64,000 nucleotides of DNA. Origin: Deltaproteobacteria bacterium (GTDB lineage: Bacteria; Desulfobacterota; Desulfuromonadia; Desulfuromonadales; Geopsychrobacteraceae). Within the stretch, counting starts at the first letter, position 1, and each line of letters opens with the position of its first letter. The notes under the pieces are model-generated. The model had not been told where the DNA came from, searched no databases, and was given only the letters and a program-made list of their open reading frames with translations. This document shows positions 19,276 to 28,485 of the stretch, one piece after another. Where the stretch lies: contig JAGYPB010000001.1 of NCBI GenBank assembly GCA_018399135.1, positions 21,440-85,439 on the forward strand. The letters run 5' to 3'. The position numbers and the translations under genes were made by a program.

Positions 19276-21000
19276 TCAGTGAAACTCGCGCTGGACGCCC
19301 TGCCAGGCCGAAGGCTTGTAATGACGCAGGAAGAAATTGAGATTCTCCCCCAGCACCTTGCGCAGGTCGGTCGGCATGACCAGCGAGGAAATGGAGCCGA
19401 GCGCTAGTCCTTCCTTCGGATTCATCAGTTCTTTTTCGTAACGCTGATTCAGGGCTGCTTCCTCAAGTCTTAGCCAATCAGCCGCTTCCTTTTCGGCATC
19501 TTTTTTGGCATCAGCACCATCAAGGCCTGCCTTGATGCGCTCGGCAACACCTTGGGCGATGCGTGCCTTGATTGAGCCACGTAACTTGCGAAGTTCGTCT
19601 TTGTAGACAAACTCTTTTCCGGCCGGCCCCATCACTGCCAGGCGGGTGGTCGGCAATGCCAGCACCAGGTCGGCGCCGGTCGGGTAATTATTATAGGAGG
19701 CATAGGCACCACCGAAGGCATTGCGCAAGATCAGCAGAATTCGGGGGGTGCGGACATCGACAATGGAATCAAGCATGGAACGACCGGCCTGGACAATGCC
19801 GCGTGCCTCTTGTTCGCGCCCGGGGAGGAAGCCGGTGGTGTCTTCCATGAAAATCAACGGGATATTGTAGATGTTGCAGAAACGCACAAAACGGGCAATT
19901 TTCAAGGCCGAATCACAGTCGATCTGACCGGAAGAGACAGCAGAATTATTAGCCACGAAACCAACCACATTGCCGCCCAGGCGGCCAAAGGCGGTGATGG
20001 CTTCGCGGGAACGGGTCGGCTGAATTTCAAAATAATCACCATGGTCGCAGATCTGTTGAATGACGATGGAGACATCGAATGGTGTATTGAAGCCGGTAGG
20101 TGAGTTGAAGGCTTTTTTCAGCAGGGTGTTGATCTCCCAGGTTTTGCGATCAAGGGGGTCGCTGGTCTCCTGAAAGGGGGCCAGGCTATGGTTATTATCA
20201 GGGATGTAACTCAGTAGTCGAATGGCTGTCCGCAGAGCGGCCATCTCATCGGATACGGTCAGGTCGGTGACCCCGGAAGCGGCATGAACCTTTGGGCCAC
20301 CCAAATCCTCAGGACTGATGTCTTCGCCAAGGACTGATTTGACGACTCCAGGGCCGGTCAGACCGAAGAAGGTATCTTCCGGCTGGATGAGAAAGCTGCC
20401 CTGACGGGGCAGATAGGATCCCCCGCCAGCATTAAAGCCAAACATGCACATAATCGTCGGAATTACGCCACTGATCTTGCGCAGGGCGGTAAAGGCCTCG
20501 GCGTAGCCGTCCAGACCACCGACGCCGGCGGGCACGAAGGCTCCGGCAGAGTCGTTCATGCCGATCAGGGGAATCCCTTTTTCGCCGGCCATGTACATCA
20601 GGCGCGCCAGTTTCTGGCCATTTGTGGCGTCAATAGAGCCGGCGCGAACGGTAAAGTCATGTCCGTAAATAGCTACGTCGCGGCCATTAATGTTAAGGAT
20701 ACCGGTGACCAGTGAAGCCCCGTCGAGGTTCTTTCCCCAGTTCTGGAAAAGAATATTGGGTTCGTGGCTGGTTAAAAAGTTGATCCGTTCCCAGACTGTC
20801 ATACGTTTTTTGAAGTGTTGTTTTTCTATCTGCGCGACGCTGACTGATTTAATCGGGCGCTCAATCAGTTCGTAGCCTTCACGCATGACTTCTTCATACG
20901 CACCAGCTTTTCCAGCAATTTCACCAGGAATATTGAAATCGACATGTTGTCTTTCAGCGAGAGGGTTTTGCAATGAGGGTTTGGCTTTGTTGTTTGACAT
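19276..21000 (-). CDS. Acyl-CoA carboxylase carboxyltransferase (beta) subunit
   Basis: [46 protein letters not shown]. Confidence 0.9.
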   Translation of the reverse strand: MSNNKAKPSLQNPLAERQHVDFNIPGEIAGKAGAYEEVMREGYELIERPIKSVSVAQIEKQHFKKRMTVWERINFLTSHEPNILFQNWGKNLDGASLVTGILNINGRDVAIYGHDFTVRAGSIDATNGQKLARLMYMAGEKGIPLIGMNDSAGAFVPAGVGGLDGYAEAFTALRKISGVIPTIMCMFGFNAGGGSYLPRQGSFLIQPEDTFFGLTGPGVVKSVLGEDISPEDLGGPKVHAASGVTDLTVSDEMAALRTAIRLLSYIPDNNHSLAPFQETSDPLDRKTWEINTLLKKAFNSPTGFNTPFDVSIVIQQICDHGDYFEIQPTRSREAITAFGRLGGNVVGFVANNSAVSSGQIDCDSALKIARFVRFCNIYNIPLIFMEDTTGFLPGREQEARGIVQAGRSMLDSIVDVRTPRILLILRNAFGGAYASYNNYPTGADLVLALPTTRLAVMGPAGKEFVYKDELRKLRGSIKARIAQGVAERIKAGLDGADAKKDAEKEAADWLRLEEAALNQRYEKELMNPKEGLALGSISSLVMPTDLRKVLGENLNFFLRHYKPSAWQGVQREFH

Positions 21001-21356
21001 CGTTGGCATCCCTTTACAAAAGTTTTAAGTCAATTGTTTGATGTCGGTACAGATGTTTAAAAGACATCAAAAGGCTGAACATTTAATGCTGATCAGGTGA
21101 TTCATAGACAATGATATATGATTCATTCAGAGTCAGCTTCAGGATAAATATATAATGATTTAAAAAAACACTTAAAACGCTGTTTTTCACAGCGTTAACA
21201 AACAAAAAATGAGTCAATTTGTCAAGGATAATTTTACTTAGGGTAAAAAAATACAGAATTTGTTTATCCCGATTTTAATATCTTTGGAATGCTGTTTAGT
21301 TGAAGCGAGGCCTGGCTTTATAAATGACCGGGAAGCTTTCGAGGTTGCTGGGTGGG

Positions 21357-23192
21357 TCATTTACGTTTCTTGCCTGGCTTAACTGGTGCTGTGCGTTGTT
21401 TGTGCTCGTTCAGCAGCAGGGGTAACAGGTTTGAGCGTTTACATAGTCGCAAGGCCTCCTCAATATCACGACGGGACTCCGGCAGGTGGTAGAGTATCAG
21501 GGCCTTCTGCAGTTTTTTTTCCTTTGCCGTTCGTGCTACGTGCATTCGGGTCCCACTGAAAGGATCGCTACCGGTGTAATAAATACAGGTCGACAGGGTG
21601 CCGGGGGTTGGGGTGAAATCCTGAACCTGCACAACTTTGAGCTGATGTTTCTTGAGGTAGAGAGCTACATCAATCATGTCATCCAGGGTGCATCCAGGGT
21701 GACCGCTGATTAGATAAGGAACGATTGCGGGGAAGCGTCCATTAACGCGACAGCGTTGTCGATAATCATCGAGAAAGGCTGTGAATACTGCTGAGCCAGG
21801 CTTGTGCATGAACCTACTGACCGCGTCGCTGAAGGTTTCCGGCGCAACTTTGAGCAGGCCACTGATGTGATGTTCCAGTAGCGTATCATAGTACTCGGGC
21901 TGTATCGGCAGCAGATCATAGCGGATACCGGAAGCGACAAAAACGTGTTTGACTTTGTGATGGGAGCGGATCTGTCGCAGTAGTTGTGCGTTTAACCGAT
22001 TGTCGACCCGTAGATGCCGACAACGTTCGGGGAACAGGCAACTGCTGCGGCGGCAGACAGGTTCCTGGTCGTTATTGCCACAGCCAAGGCCATACATATT
22101 AGCAGTCGGTCCACCGACATCGCTGATGGTGCCGTTAAAATCCGGCTGAGCGGTAATTGCATTGACTTCCTGAATGATGGAGGGGATCGAACGTGATTGA
22201 ATGCTTTTCCCCTGATGGGTGGCGATAGCGCAAAAGGCACAGCCGCCGAAACAGCCACGATGACTGGTGATCGAATGGCGAATCTGCAGGTAGGCCGGTA
22301 TCGGCTCGAGGTACGATGGATGGGGCCGGCGGCTGAAGGGGAGGGCATAAATCCGATCCATTTCTTTTTCGCTTAATGGCAGTGCAGGGGAAAGTACCAC
22401 CAACTGGCGGTTGCCGTGCGACTGGATCAATGGAACCGCCGCCAAGGGGTTGGACTGCTCTGCCGCCAATCGAAAAGCGTGGTTATATTTCAGTGGATCT
22501 GCCGCTACTTCTTCAAAGCTCGGCAACGACAGGGAATGCTCTGGTAACCGTTGGTCTTTGCCGGAGAGATAAGCTGTACCTCTGATATCCCGAAGCGCAG
22601 AAATATCCTCCCCCTGATCGAGACGCCGGGCCAGTTCCAGAATGGCAGTTTCTGCCATGCCGTAAATGAGCAGGTCGGCTTTACTGTCAACCAGTATTGA
22701 GCGCCTGACCCGGTCTGACCAGTAGTCGTAATGTGCCAGCCGCCTTAAACTGGCTTCAATCCCGCCGATTACTGTAGCAAGACCTTTGAACGTTCCCTTG
22801 ATCGCTGCGGTATAGGCGATAGTTGCTCGATCAGGTCGGTGGCCGGACTTGCCGCCAGGGGTGTAGGCATCGTTGGAGCGGATTTTTTTAGCGGCAGTAT
22901 AGTGATTGACCAGCGAATCCATCGCCCCTGCTGAAATAGCAGCAAAAAGTTGTGGACGCCCCAGACTCTGAAGTTGCTCGGGATGTTTGATGTCAGGCTG
23001 GGCAATAACACCAACCCGATAGCCGGCAGATTCCAGTAGCCTGGCCAGCAGGGGAACGCCAAAAGCCGGGTGATCAATATAGGCGTCGCCGCTAATAAAC
23101 AGGACGTCAAGCTGCTCCCAGCCCCGTTGGGACATCTCCTCCCGGCAGGTGGGCAACATCTCTGGGTTGTGACCTTGATGATTGGTGATCAT
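21357..23192 (-). CDS. YgiQ-family (UPF0313) radical SAM protein
   Basis: GDAYIDHP.FG, GGIEASLRR.AHYDYW, CFGGCAFC, DVGGPTANMY. Confidence 0.92.
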   Translation of the reverse strand: MITNHQGHNPEMLPTCREEMSQRGWEQLDVLFISGDAYIDHPAFGVPLLARLLESAGYRVGVIAQPDIKHPEQLQSLGRPQLFAAISAGAMDSLVNHYTAAKKIRSNDAYTPGGKSGHRPDRATIAYTAAIKGTFKGLATVIGGIEASLRRLAHYDYWSDRVRRSILVDSKADLLIYGMAETAILELARRLDQGEDISALRDIRGTAYLSGKDQRLPEHSLSLPSFEEVAADPLKYNHAFRLAAEQSNPLAAVPLIQSHGNRQLVVLSPALPLSEKEMDRIYALPFSRRPHPSYLEPIPAYLQIRHSITSHRGCFGGCAFCAIATHQGKSIQSRSIPSIIQEVNAITAQPDFNGTISDVGGPTANMYGLGCGNNDQEPVCRRSSCLFPERCRHLRVDNRLNAQLLRQIRSHHKVKHVFVASGIRYDLLPIQPEYYDTLLEHHISGLLKVAPETFSDAVSRFMHKPGSAVFTAFLDDYRQRCRVNGRFPAIVPYLISGHPGCTLDDMIDVALYLKKHQLKVVQVQDFTPTPGTLSTCIYYTGSDPFSGTRMHVARTAKEKKLQKALILYHLPESRRDIEEALRLCKRSNLLPLLLNEHKQRTAPVKPGKKRK

Positions 23193-23482
23193 GGAAAATT
23201 GTCGACCTTTGAGCCGTAGTTAGTAACGCAAGAAAAACTTCCAATACGAGTAAAAAAGTAAAGAAATACCGCTGGTTACTGCGGTTGCAATCAGAACGAT
23301 CAGCGTTATATTTTACTTGACTCTATTTAATTTCGCCTGTAAATATTACCACATTTGTAATCATTGCTGTAGTCCAAACGCTGTCAAGATAGATTTTTCA
23401 GGATAAAAGTGGGTCGTGATGGTCTTGATACCACATCAGCGCTGGTATGAGTCAGCGTAAACATTAACTGCGGGAGGTAGTT

Positions 23483-25018
23483 GTGATAGAAGCGATTGAC
23501 GCGGGCACGGTGAACTGGGCGCGTGCCACTTTCACCCTGACAGCCATGTATCACTGGATATTTGTTCCGTTAACTCTTGGGTTGACTTTTCTCTGCGCCT
23601 TTTTTGAATCAATTTATGTGCGCACGCAGAATCCGGAATGGAAGAAATTGACCAAATTCTGGATGACTCTGTTTGCCATCAACTTTGCTATCGGTGTTGC
23701 TACCGGCATCATCATGGAGTTCGAGTTTGGAACCCACTGGGCCAACTATTCATGGATGGTCGGCGATATCTTTGGGGCGCCTCTGGCGATTGAAGGGATC
23801 GTTGCGTTTTTTCTCGAAGCTACCTTTGTCACCGTGATGCTTTTCGGCTGGAATCGAGTGTCTCAGCGTATGCACCTGTTTTCAACCTGGATGGTGGCGA
23901 TCGGGGCCAATATGTCAGCACTCTGGATTCTGGTCGCTAACGGCTGGATGCAGACGCCGGTTGGCATGGTGTTCAACCCGGACACTGCACGCTTTGAAAT
24001 GCAGGACTTATGGGCAATTATTTCCTCCCCGGTGGCTATCAGCCATTTCGCTCATGCTACCAGCTCCGGTTTTCTCCTCGCGTCACTATTTGTTATCGGT
24101 ATTTCCAGTTTTTATCTGTTGAAAAAACGCCATCTGCAGTTTGCCAAGCGTTCCATCGCTGTTGCCTGTGTGTTCGGACTTTTCAGCTCTTTGTTTGTCG
24201 CTTTTACCGGCGATGAACATGCTTACATCACGGCCCGTGAACAGCCAATGAAATTGGCCGCAATGGAAGCACTGTACGATGGGATGGTGCCGTCCGGATT
24301 GGTTGCTGTCGGGTTGATGCGCCCGGGTGTGGAGCCAGGTGGCGAGGAAGATCCTTTCTACTTCAAGGTTGAGATTCCGGGGATGTTGTCATTCCTCGCC
24401 AACCGTCGCTTCGGCAGTTTCGTTCCGGGAATTAATGATTTGGTTTACGGTAATGAAGAACAGAATATTCTCAGTGTTGAGGAAAAGATTGATCGCGGTA
24501 GAATGGCTGTCGCTCGCCTGGCGGACTATAAACAGGCGCAAAAAAATGACAATGAAGCCGCCGCCGCCGTTGCTTTGGCTGAATTTGATCAACATCGTGA
24601 TTATCTCGGCTACGGTTATCTTGAGTCTCCGGAGCAGGCGGTACCCCCGGTTGGGATCACCTTCTATGCCTTTCGGGTGATGGTCTTTCTAGGAACCTTC
24701 TTCATTCTTCTGTTTCTGGTCTATATCTATCTGCTGGAAAAACAACAGCTTGAGAATCGTCCATGGGTTCTCAAGGTTGGTTTCTTCTCTATATTTCTGG
24801 CTTATATCGCATCTCAGGCGGGTTGGTTGGTTACAGAGGTCGGGCGCCAGCCCTGGGCGATCCAAGGTTTGCTGCCGGTCAATATCGCTACCTCAAATCT
24901 TGATACTACCACCGTCGCTATATCGTTTTTTCTGTTTCTTGCTATTTTTACCGTACTACTCATCGCAGCGGTTAAAATTTTGGCCAAACAGATTTCCCTC
25001 GGCCCGGAAGGAGAATAA
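23483..25018 (+). CDS. cydA: Cytochrome bd ubiquinol oxidase subunit I
   Basis: TAMYHWIFVPLTLG, EFEFG, ANGWMQTP, QPMKLAAME, EVGRQPW. Confidence 0.95.
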   Translation: MIEAIDAGTVNWARATFTLTAMYHWIFVPLTLGLTFLCAFFESIYVRTQNPEWKKLTKFWMTLFAINFAIGVATGIIMEFEFGTHWANYSWMVGDIFGAPLAIEGIVAFFLEATFVTVMLFGWNRVSQRMHLFSTWMVAIGANMSALWILVANGWMQTPVGMVFNPDTARFEMQDLWAIISSPVAISHFAHATSSGFLLASLFVIGISSFYLLKKRHLQFAKRSIAVACVFGLFSSLFVAFTGDEHAYITAREQPMKLAAMEALYDGMVPSGLVAVGLMRPGVEPGGEEDPFYFKVEIPGMLSFLANRRFGSFVPGINDLVYGNEEQNILSVEEKIDRGRMAVARLADYKQAQKNDNEAAAAVALAEFDQHRDYLGYGYLESPEQAVPPVGITFYAFRVMVFLGTFFILLFLVYIYLLEKQQLENRPWVLKVGFFSIFLAYIASQAGWLVTEVGRQPWAIQGLLPVNIATSNLDTTTVAISFFLFLAIFTVLLIAAVKILAKQISLGPEGE

Positions 25019-25020
25019 CT

Positions 25021-26151
25021 ATGTTCGGCAGTCTTGACTGGTCTACATTGCAACAGTTCTGGTGGCTCATCGTCTCAGTGGTGGGTTCGCTGTTTGTCCT
25101 TTTAACCTTTGTTCAGGGAGGACAGACCCTGATTCTGACGGTTCCAAAAACCGAGGCGGAAAAAAACCTGATGGTCAATTCCCTCGGGCGCAAATGGGAG
25201 TTGACATTCACAACGCTGGTTCTGTTCGGTGGTGCTTTTTATGCTTCATTCCCTCTCTTTTACGCGACCAGTTTTGGCGGCGCCTTCTGGGTCTGGCTGG
25301 CGATATTGTTCACCTTTGTCCTGCAGGCCGTCAGTTATGAGTACCGGCGCAAACCGAACAACTTTCTTGGTCAGAAAACCTATGAGATCTTTATGGTGAT
25401 CAATGGTTCCATCGGTATCCTGCTGATTGGTGCTGCCATAGGTACGTTTTTTACCGGCTCCAACTTTATTTTGAGCGATTATAACCTGTCGCGCTGGACC
25501 CATCCGCTACGTGGGCTGGAAGCGGCGTTCAGCTTGTTCAACCTGAGCTTCGGTATCTTCCTGGTGTTTCTGGCGCGGACCCTCGGCGCCCTCTATCTGG
25601 CCAATAACCTCCAACAGGATCAACTTGTCCCTCGCTTAAAGGTCTCATCTTTTAATAATCTGCTCTGTGCTTTGCCCTTTCTGCTCTATGTGCTGATCCG
25701 TCTGGTGACCATGGAGGGCTTTGCTGTTGACCCTCAGACCGGTGATATTTTTATGCAGTCCGGAAAGTATCTCAATAATCTGCTAGAGTTTCCTTTGACC
25801 CTGATCCTGTTGCTTGCCGGATTGGTATTGGTAGTGGTCGGGGTGGGACTGAATCGTTTTACCGCTTCGGTACGTGGTATCTGGCCGGCTGGCTTGGGTA
25901 CTGTATTGACCTGCCTGTCCGTGTTTTTTCTGGCGGGGTACAATAATACCTCTTTTTATCCATCAAAATATGATCTTGGCAGCAGTTTGACCATCTACAA
26001 CGCATCAAGCAGTCACTATACCCTGACAATGATGTCTTATGTCGCCCTGCTGGTGCCCTTTGTGCTGGCTTATATCGTCTGGGTCTGGCGCCAGATGGAT
26101 ACGGAAAAGTTGACCGATGCAGAAATCGCTGCAGATAAAAAGAGTTATTAA
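25021..26151 (+). CDS. cydB: Cytochrome bd ubiquinol oxidase subunit II
   Basis: Follows cydA; GRKWELTFTTLVLFGG.FYASFP, multiple TM segments, SLTIYNASSS. Confidence 0.93.
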   Translation: MFGSLDWSTLQQFWWLIVSVVGSLFVLLTFVQGGQTLILTVPKTEAEKNLMVNSLGRKWELTFTTLVLFGGAFYASFPLFYATSFGGAFWVWLAILFTFVLQAVSYEYRRKPNNFLGQKTYEIFMVINGSIGILLIGAAIGTFFTGSNFILSDYNLSRWTHPLRGLEAAFSLFNLSFGIFLVFLARTLGALYLANNLQQDQLVPRLKVSSFNNLLCALPFLLYVLIRLVTMEGFAVDPQTGDIFMQSGKYLNNLLEFPLTLILLLAGLVLVVVGVGLNRFTASVRGIWPAGLGTVLTCLSVFFLAGYNNTSFYPSKYDLGSSLTIYNASSSHYTLTMMSYVALLVPFVLAYIVWVWRQMDTEKLTDAEIAADKKSY

Positions 26152-26166
26152 AAGGAGATAAAGTCG

Positions 26167-26253
26167 ATGTTATTGATGCTTTCGTGGGTAGCCTTGATTG
26201 TTGTGTCGTATTTTGGTGCGGTGAAGGTGTTGAAACGCTGGAACCTGCTTTAA
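26167..26253 (+). CDS. 28-aa single-TM peptide, candidate cytochrome bd small subunit (CydX/CydS-like)
   Basis: MLLMLSWVALIVVSYFGAVKVLKRWNLL; SD AAGGAG just after cydB stop; lies before the operon terminator. Confidence 0.65.
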   Translation: MLLMLSWVALIVVSYFGAVKVLKRWNLL

Positions 26254-26295
26254 TTGATGGTTTGAGTGGACATTGCTCAGAACATTTATAATTAT

Positions 26296-26334
26296 AAAAG
26301 CCGTGCACTCTTCGCTGAAGGGTGCACGGCTTTT
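26296..26334. terminator. Bidirectional terminator between the cyd operon and the HesB-like gene
   Basis: AAAAGCCGTGCAC...GTGCACGGCTTTT. Confidence 0.85.
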
Positions 26335-26348
26335 GATGTTCTGCCTGA

Positions 26349-26636
26349 TCAGCAGTTTGTGCCGCTGGCAGCGCTGATGGAAAACCCCCGTCCGTATGAG
26401 TTGTCAGTGTAGTTAACCTGACGATCCTGGGTAAAGGGGAGAGTTGATTCTTCGATCAATAGATCGATGTCATTAACGGTGTAAACCTGCTGGTCGTTTT
26501 TCAGCTCATCCAGAGCCAACCCCAAGCGGGGGCCGCCTCAGCCAAAGCCTTCAAAAACAATACGCAGGTGCTTGTCGGGATGCTCCTGCATCAGTTCCTT
26601 GATCTTGTCGCGCGCAATATCGGTTATTTTTAGCAT
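26349..26636 (-). CDS. HesB/IscA-like selenoprotein (UGA at codon 33 read as Sec)
   Basis: SD AAGGAG; MLKITDIARDKIKELMQEHPDKHLRIVFEGFG-UGA-GGPRLGLALDE...SGTNC, 95 aa; TGA at 26538-26540; downstream hairpin. Confidence 0.85.
26500..26519 (-). promoter_or_regulatory. Candidate bacterial SECIS element
   Basis: TTGGCTC-tggat-GAGCTGAA stem-loop starting 18 nt after the in-frame UGA, with G early in the loop. Confidence 0.6.
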
Positions 26637-26714
26637 ATATCTCTCCTTGGAATGAGTATTGGTTTATTATTGCTTTGGGTTGCAAGGTAGTCACGCTACC
26701 TTTTAAATCTAGCC

Positions 26715-26897
26715 TCAGGTAAAGCCACCGTGGCCACCTGAACTGCACGAACTGCTCTGGATGCTCAGCGCGGTGCGTGATACTCGGCGCCTCGCCGGTT
26801 GAGAGCAGGCAGGACAGGGGATGTCGGCCAAGGGCTTTGATTGAATTTTTTCGATGACTGTTCCACATTGCTGACACTGGTATTCGAAGATCGGCAT
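26715..26897 (-). CDS. FmdB-family zinc-ribbon protein
   Basis: MPIFEYQCQQCG...CPACS; SD GGAGG. Confidence 0.88.
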   Translation of the reverse strand: MPIFEYQCQQCGTVIEKIQSKPLADIPCPACSQPARRRVSRTALSIQSSSCSSGGHGGFT

Positions 26898-26926
26898 GCT
26901 GTTCCTCCTGTTTTAATATGCGAATA

Positions 26927-26955
26927 ACTATATATATGACAAAGACAATTTGCAA
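26927..26955 (-). promoter_or_regulatory. Sigma70-type promoter upstream of the FmdB-like gene
   Basis: Minus strand TTGCAA-17 nt-TATAGT. Confidence 0.55.
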
Positions 26956-27053
26956 CTTTTTTTTCGGAAAAGAAATTTTGCTAATTAGGGCATAGACTGC
27001 TGATTTTTTTCATATATACTAACGCTGTTTTATCTTTTTCTCACTGGGAGGTT

Positions 27054-27833
27054 GTGATGACAGAAACACCGATCTTATGCCGCGTAGAAAATCACATCGG
27101 CTACATTACCCTTAATCGTCCGCAAGCCTTGAACACTTTTACCCCGGAATTTTCCGATCTACTTGATCAGAGCTTATGGGCGATGGAGCGGGACGAGAAC
27201 GTCCGGGTTATTGTTGTTGAAGCAAAGGGAAAACATTTCAGTGTGGGAATTTCCCTTGAGGAGTTCCGTGGTAAGACTCCTTTACAGGCGCGACGATTTC
27301 TCCACCGCATCGACGCCTTTTACCACACCCTGAATCGTCTGAATAAGCCGACAATTGCGGCGGTTCAGGGGTATGCTGCAGCCAATGGTGCCGGGCTATC
27401 CTTTGCCTGCGATATGACGGTTGCTACTCAAAGTGCAGTGTTCGGAACTACAGCCATCAATGTTGGACTCATTTGTCTGGGGCCGGCAGTGCCCTTGCTG
27501 CGCCTGGTCGGGCGTAAAAAAGCGATGGAAATGGTTCTGACTGGCGAGACCTTGAGTGCAAACGAAGCGCAGCGGTTAGGTCTGGTCAACCGGGTGGTTG
27601 CAGATGATGCGCTGGCGGTCGAAACCCTGAAGCTGGCTCAGAGTTTGACAGCTAAAAGTCCTCTGGCGCTGCGTGCGGGGAAAGAGGGGCTTCGCCGATT
27701 GCAGGATGTGCCTTATCATCAGGGACTTGAAAATATGGATGACCTTTTTGCTGCTCTGACCACCTGCAGTGATGCTGAAGAGGGGATCAATGCCTTTCTT
27801 GAAAAACGGCCCCCCCAATGGAAGGAATGTTGA
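27054..27833 (+). CDS. Enoyl-CoA hydratase/isomerase family protein
   Basis: ITLNRP.ALN, KPTIAAVQG, ACDM, GLVNRVV, EGINAFLEKR. Confidence 0.9.
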   Translation: MMTETPILCRVENHIGYITLNRPQALNTFTPEFSDLLDQSLWAMERDENVRVIVVEAKGKHFSVGISLEEFRGKTPLQARRFLHRIDAFYHTLNRLNKPTIAAVQGYAAANGAGLSFACDMTVATQSAVFGTTAINVGLICLGPAVPLLRLVGRKKAMEMVLTGETLSANEAQRLGLVNRVVADDALAVETLKLAQSLTAKSPLALRAGKEGLRRLQDVPYHQGLENMDDLFAALTTCSDAEEGINAFLEKRPPQWKEC

Positions 27834-27911
27834 GCTTATCATATGGTAAAGGTCGGAGACATTGGTAAGTCTCCTGAATCAGGGGGAAAGCACAATATCT
27901 AAGGAGTTGTT

Positions 27912-28475
27912 ATGCCAAAATGTGTTATTGCTGTCACAGTGTTGTTGTTTGCTCTGTCTTTACCTGCCCTTGCTTTCGATGATGAGCTGGGCCAGGTTGC
28001 CGGTATCAGCCGAACCTGTGCCGGTTGTCATGGAACCGACGGCGCATCTCCCGGAGCGATGATCCCCATTATCGGTGGTCAGATGGAAGAGTATCTGACC
28101 CTGACCATGGAAGAGTTTGCTGCAGATCAGCGCCCGGGCAGCGCCATGCTCAAATTTGCCAAAGGCTATTCAACGGAGCAGCGGCGCGGCATCTCTGCCT
28201 ATTTTGCTGCTAAACCCTGGGTAAATAGCCCCTGGGCTGCTGCTTCTTCAGTTCAGAATCCGGATCTTGTGCGTGCCTGCGCTGGTTGTCACGGCAGCAG
28301 TGGAGAAGGGCGCGGTAGTTCTCCACGTCTGGCCGGACAGGCTCCTGAGTACCTGAGTCATGCTCTGCTTGAATATCATCGTGGTGAGCGACCGGCCGCT
28401 ACCATGCGTCTGATGCGGGCGTTTGATGAAGCAGTTATCAAGCTGATGGCCGATCACTATTCATCGCTGAAATAA
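27912..28475 (+). CDS. fccA: Diheme cytochrome c subunit of flavocytochrome c sulfide dehydrogenase
   Basis: Signal peptide; two CAGCH heme motifs; immediately upstream of fccB. Confidence 0.8.
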   Translation: MPKCVIAVTVLLFALSLPALAFDDELGQVAGISRTCAGCHGTDGASPGAMIPIIGGQMEEYLTLTMEEFAADQRPGSAMLKFAKGYSTEQRRGISAYFAAKPWVNSPWAAASSVQNPDLVRACAGCHGSSGEGRGSSPRLAGQAPEYLSHALLEYHRGERPAATMRLMRAFDEAVIKLMADHYSSLK

Positions 28476-28485
28476 GGAGCAGAAT

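Noticed and set aside
26349-26354. Terminal Cys-TGA of the HesB-like gene as a second Sec codon
   Set aside because: Read-through only enters the terminator hairpin and yields non-protein-like sequence; an ordinary stop is more parsimonious
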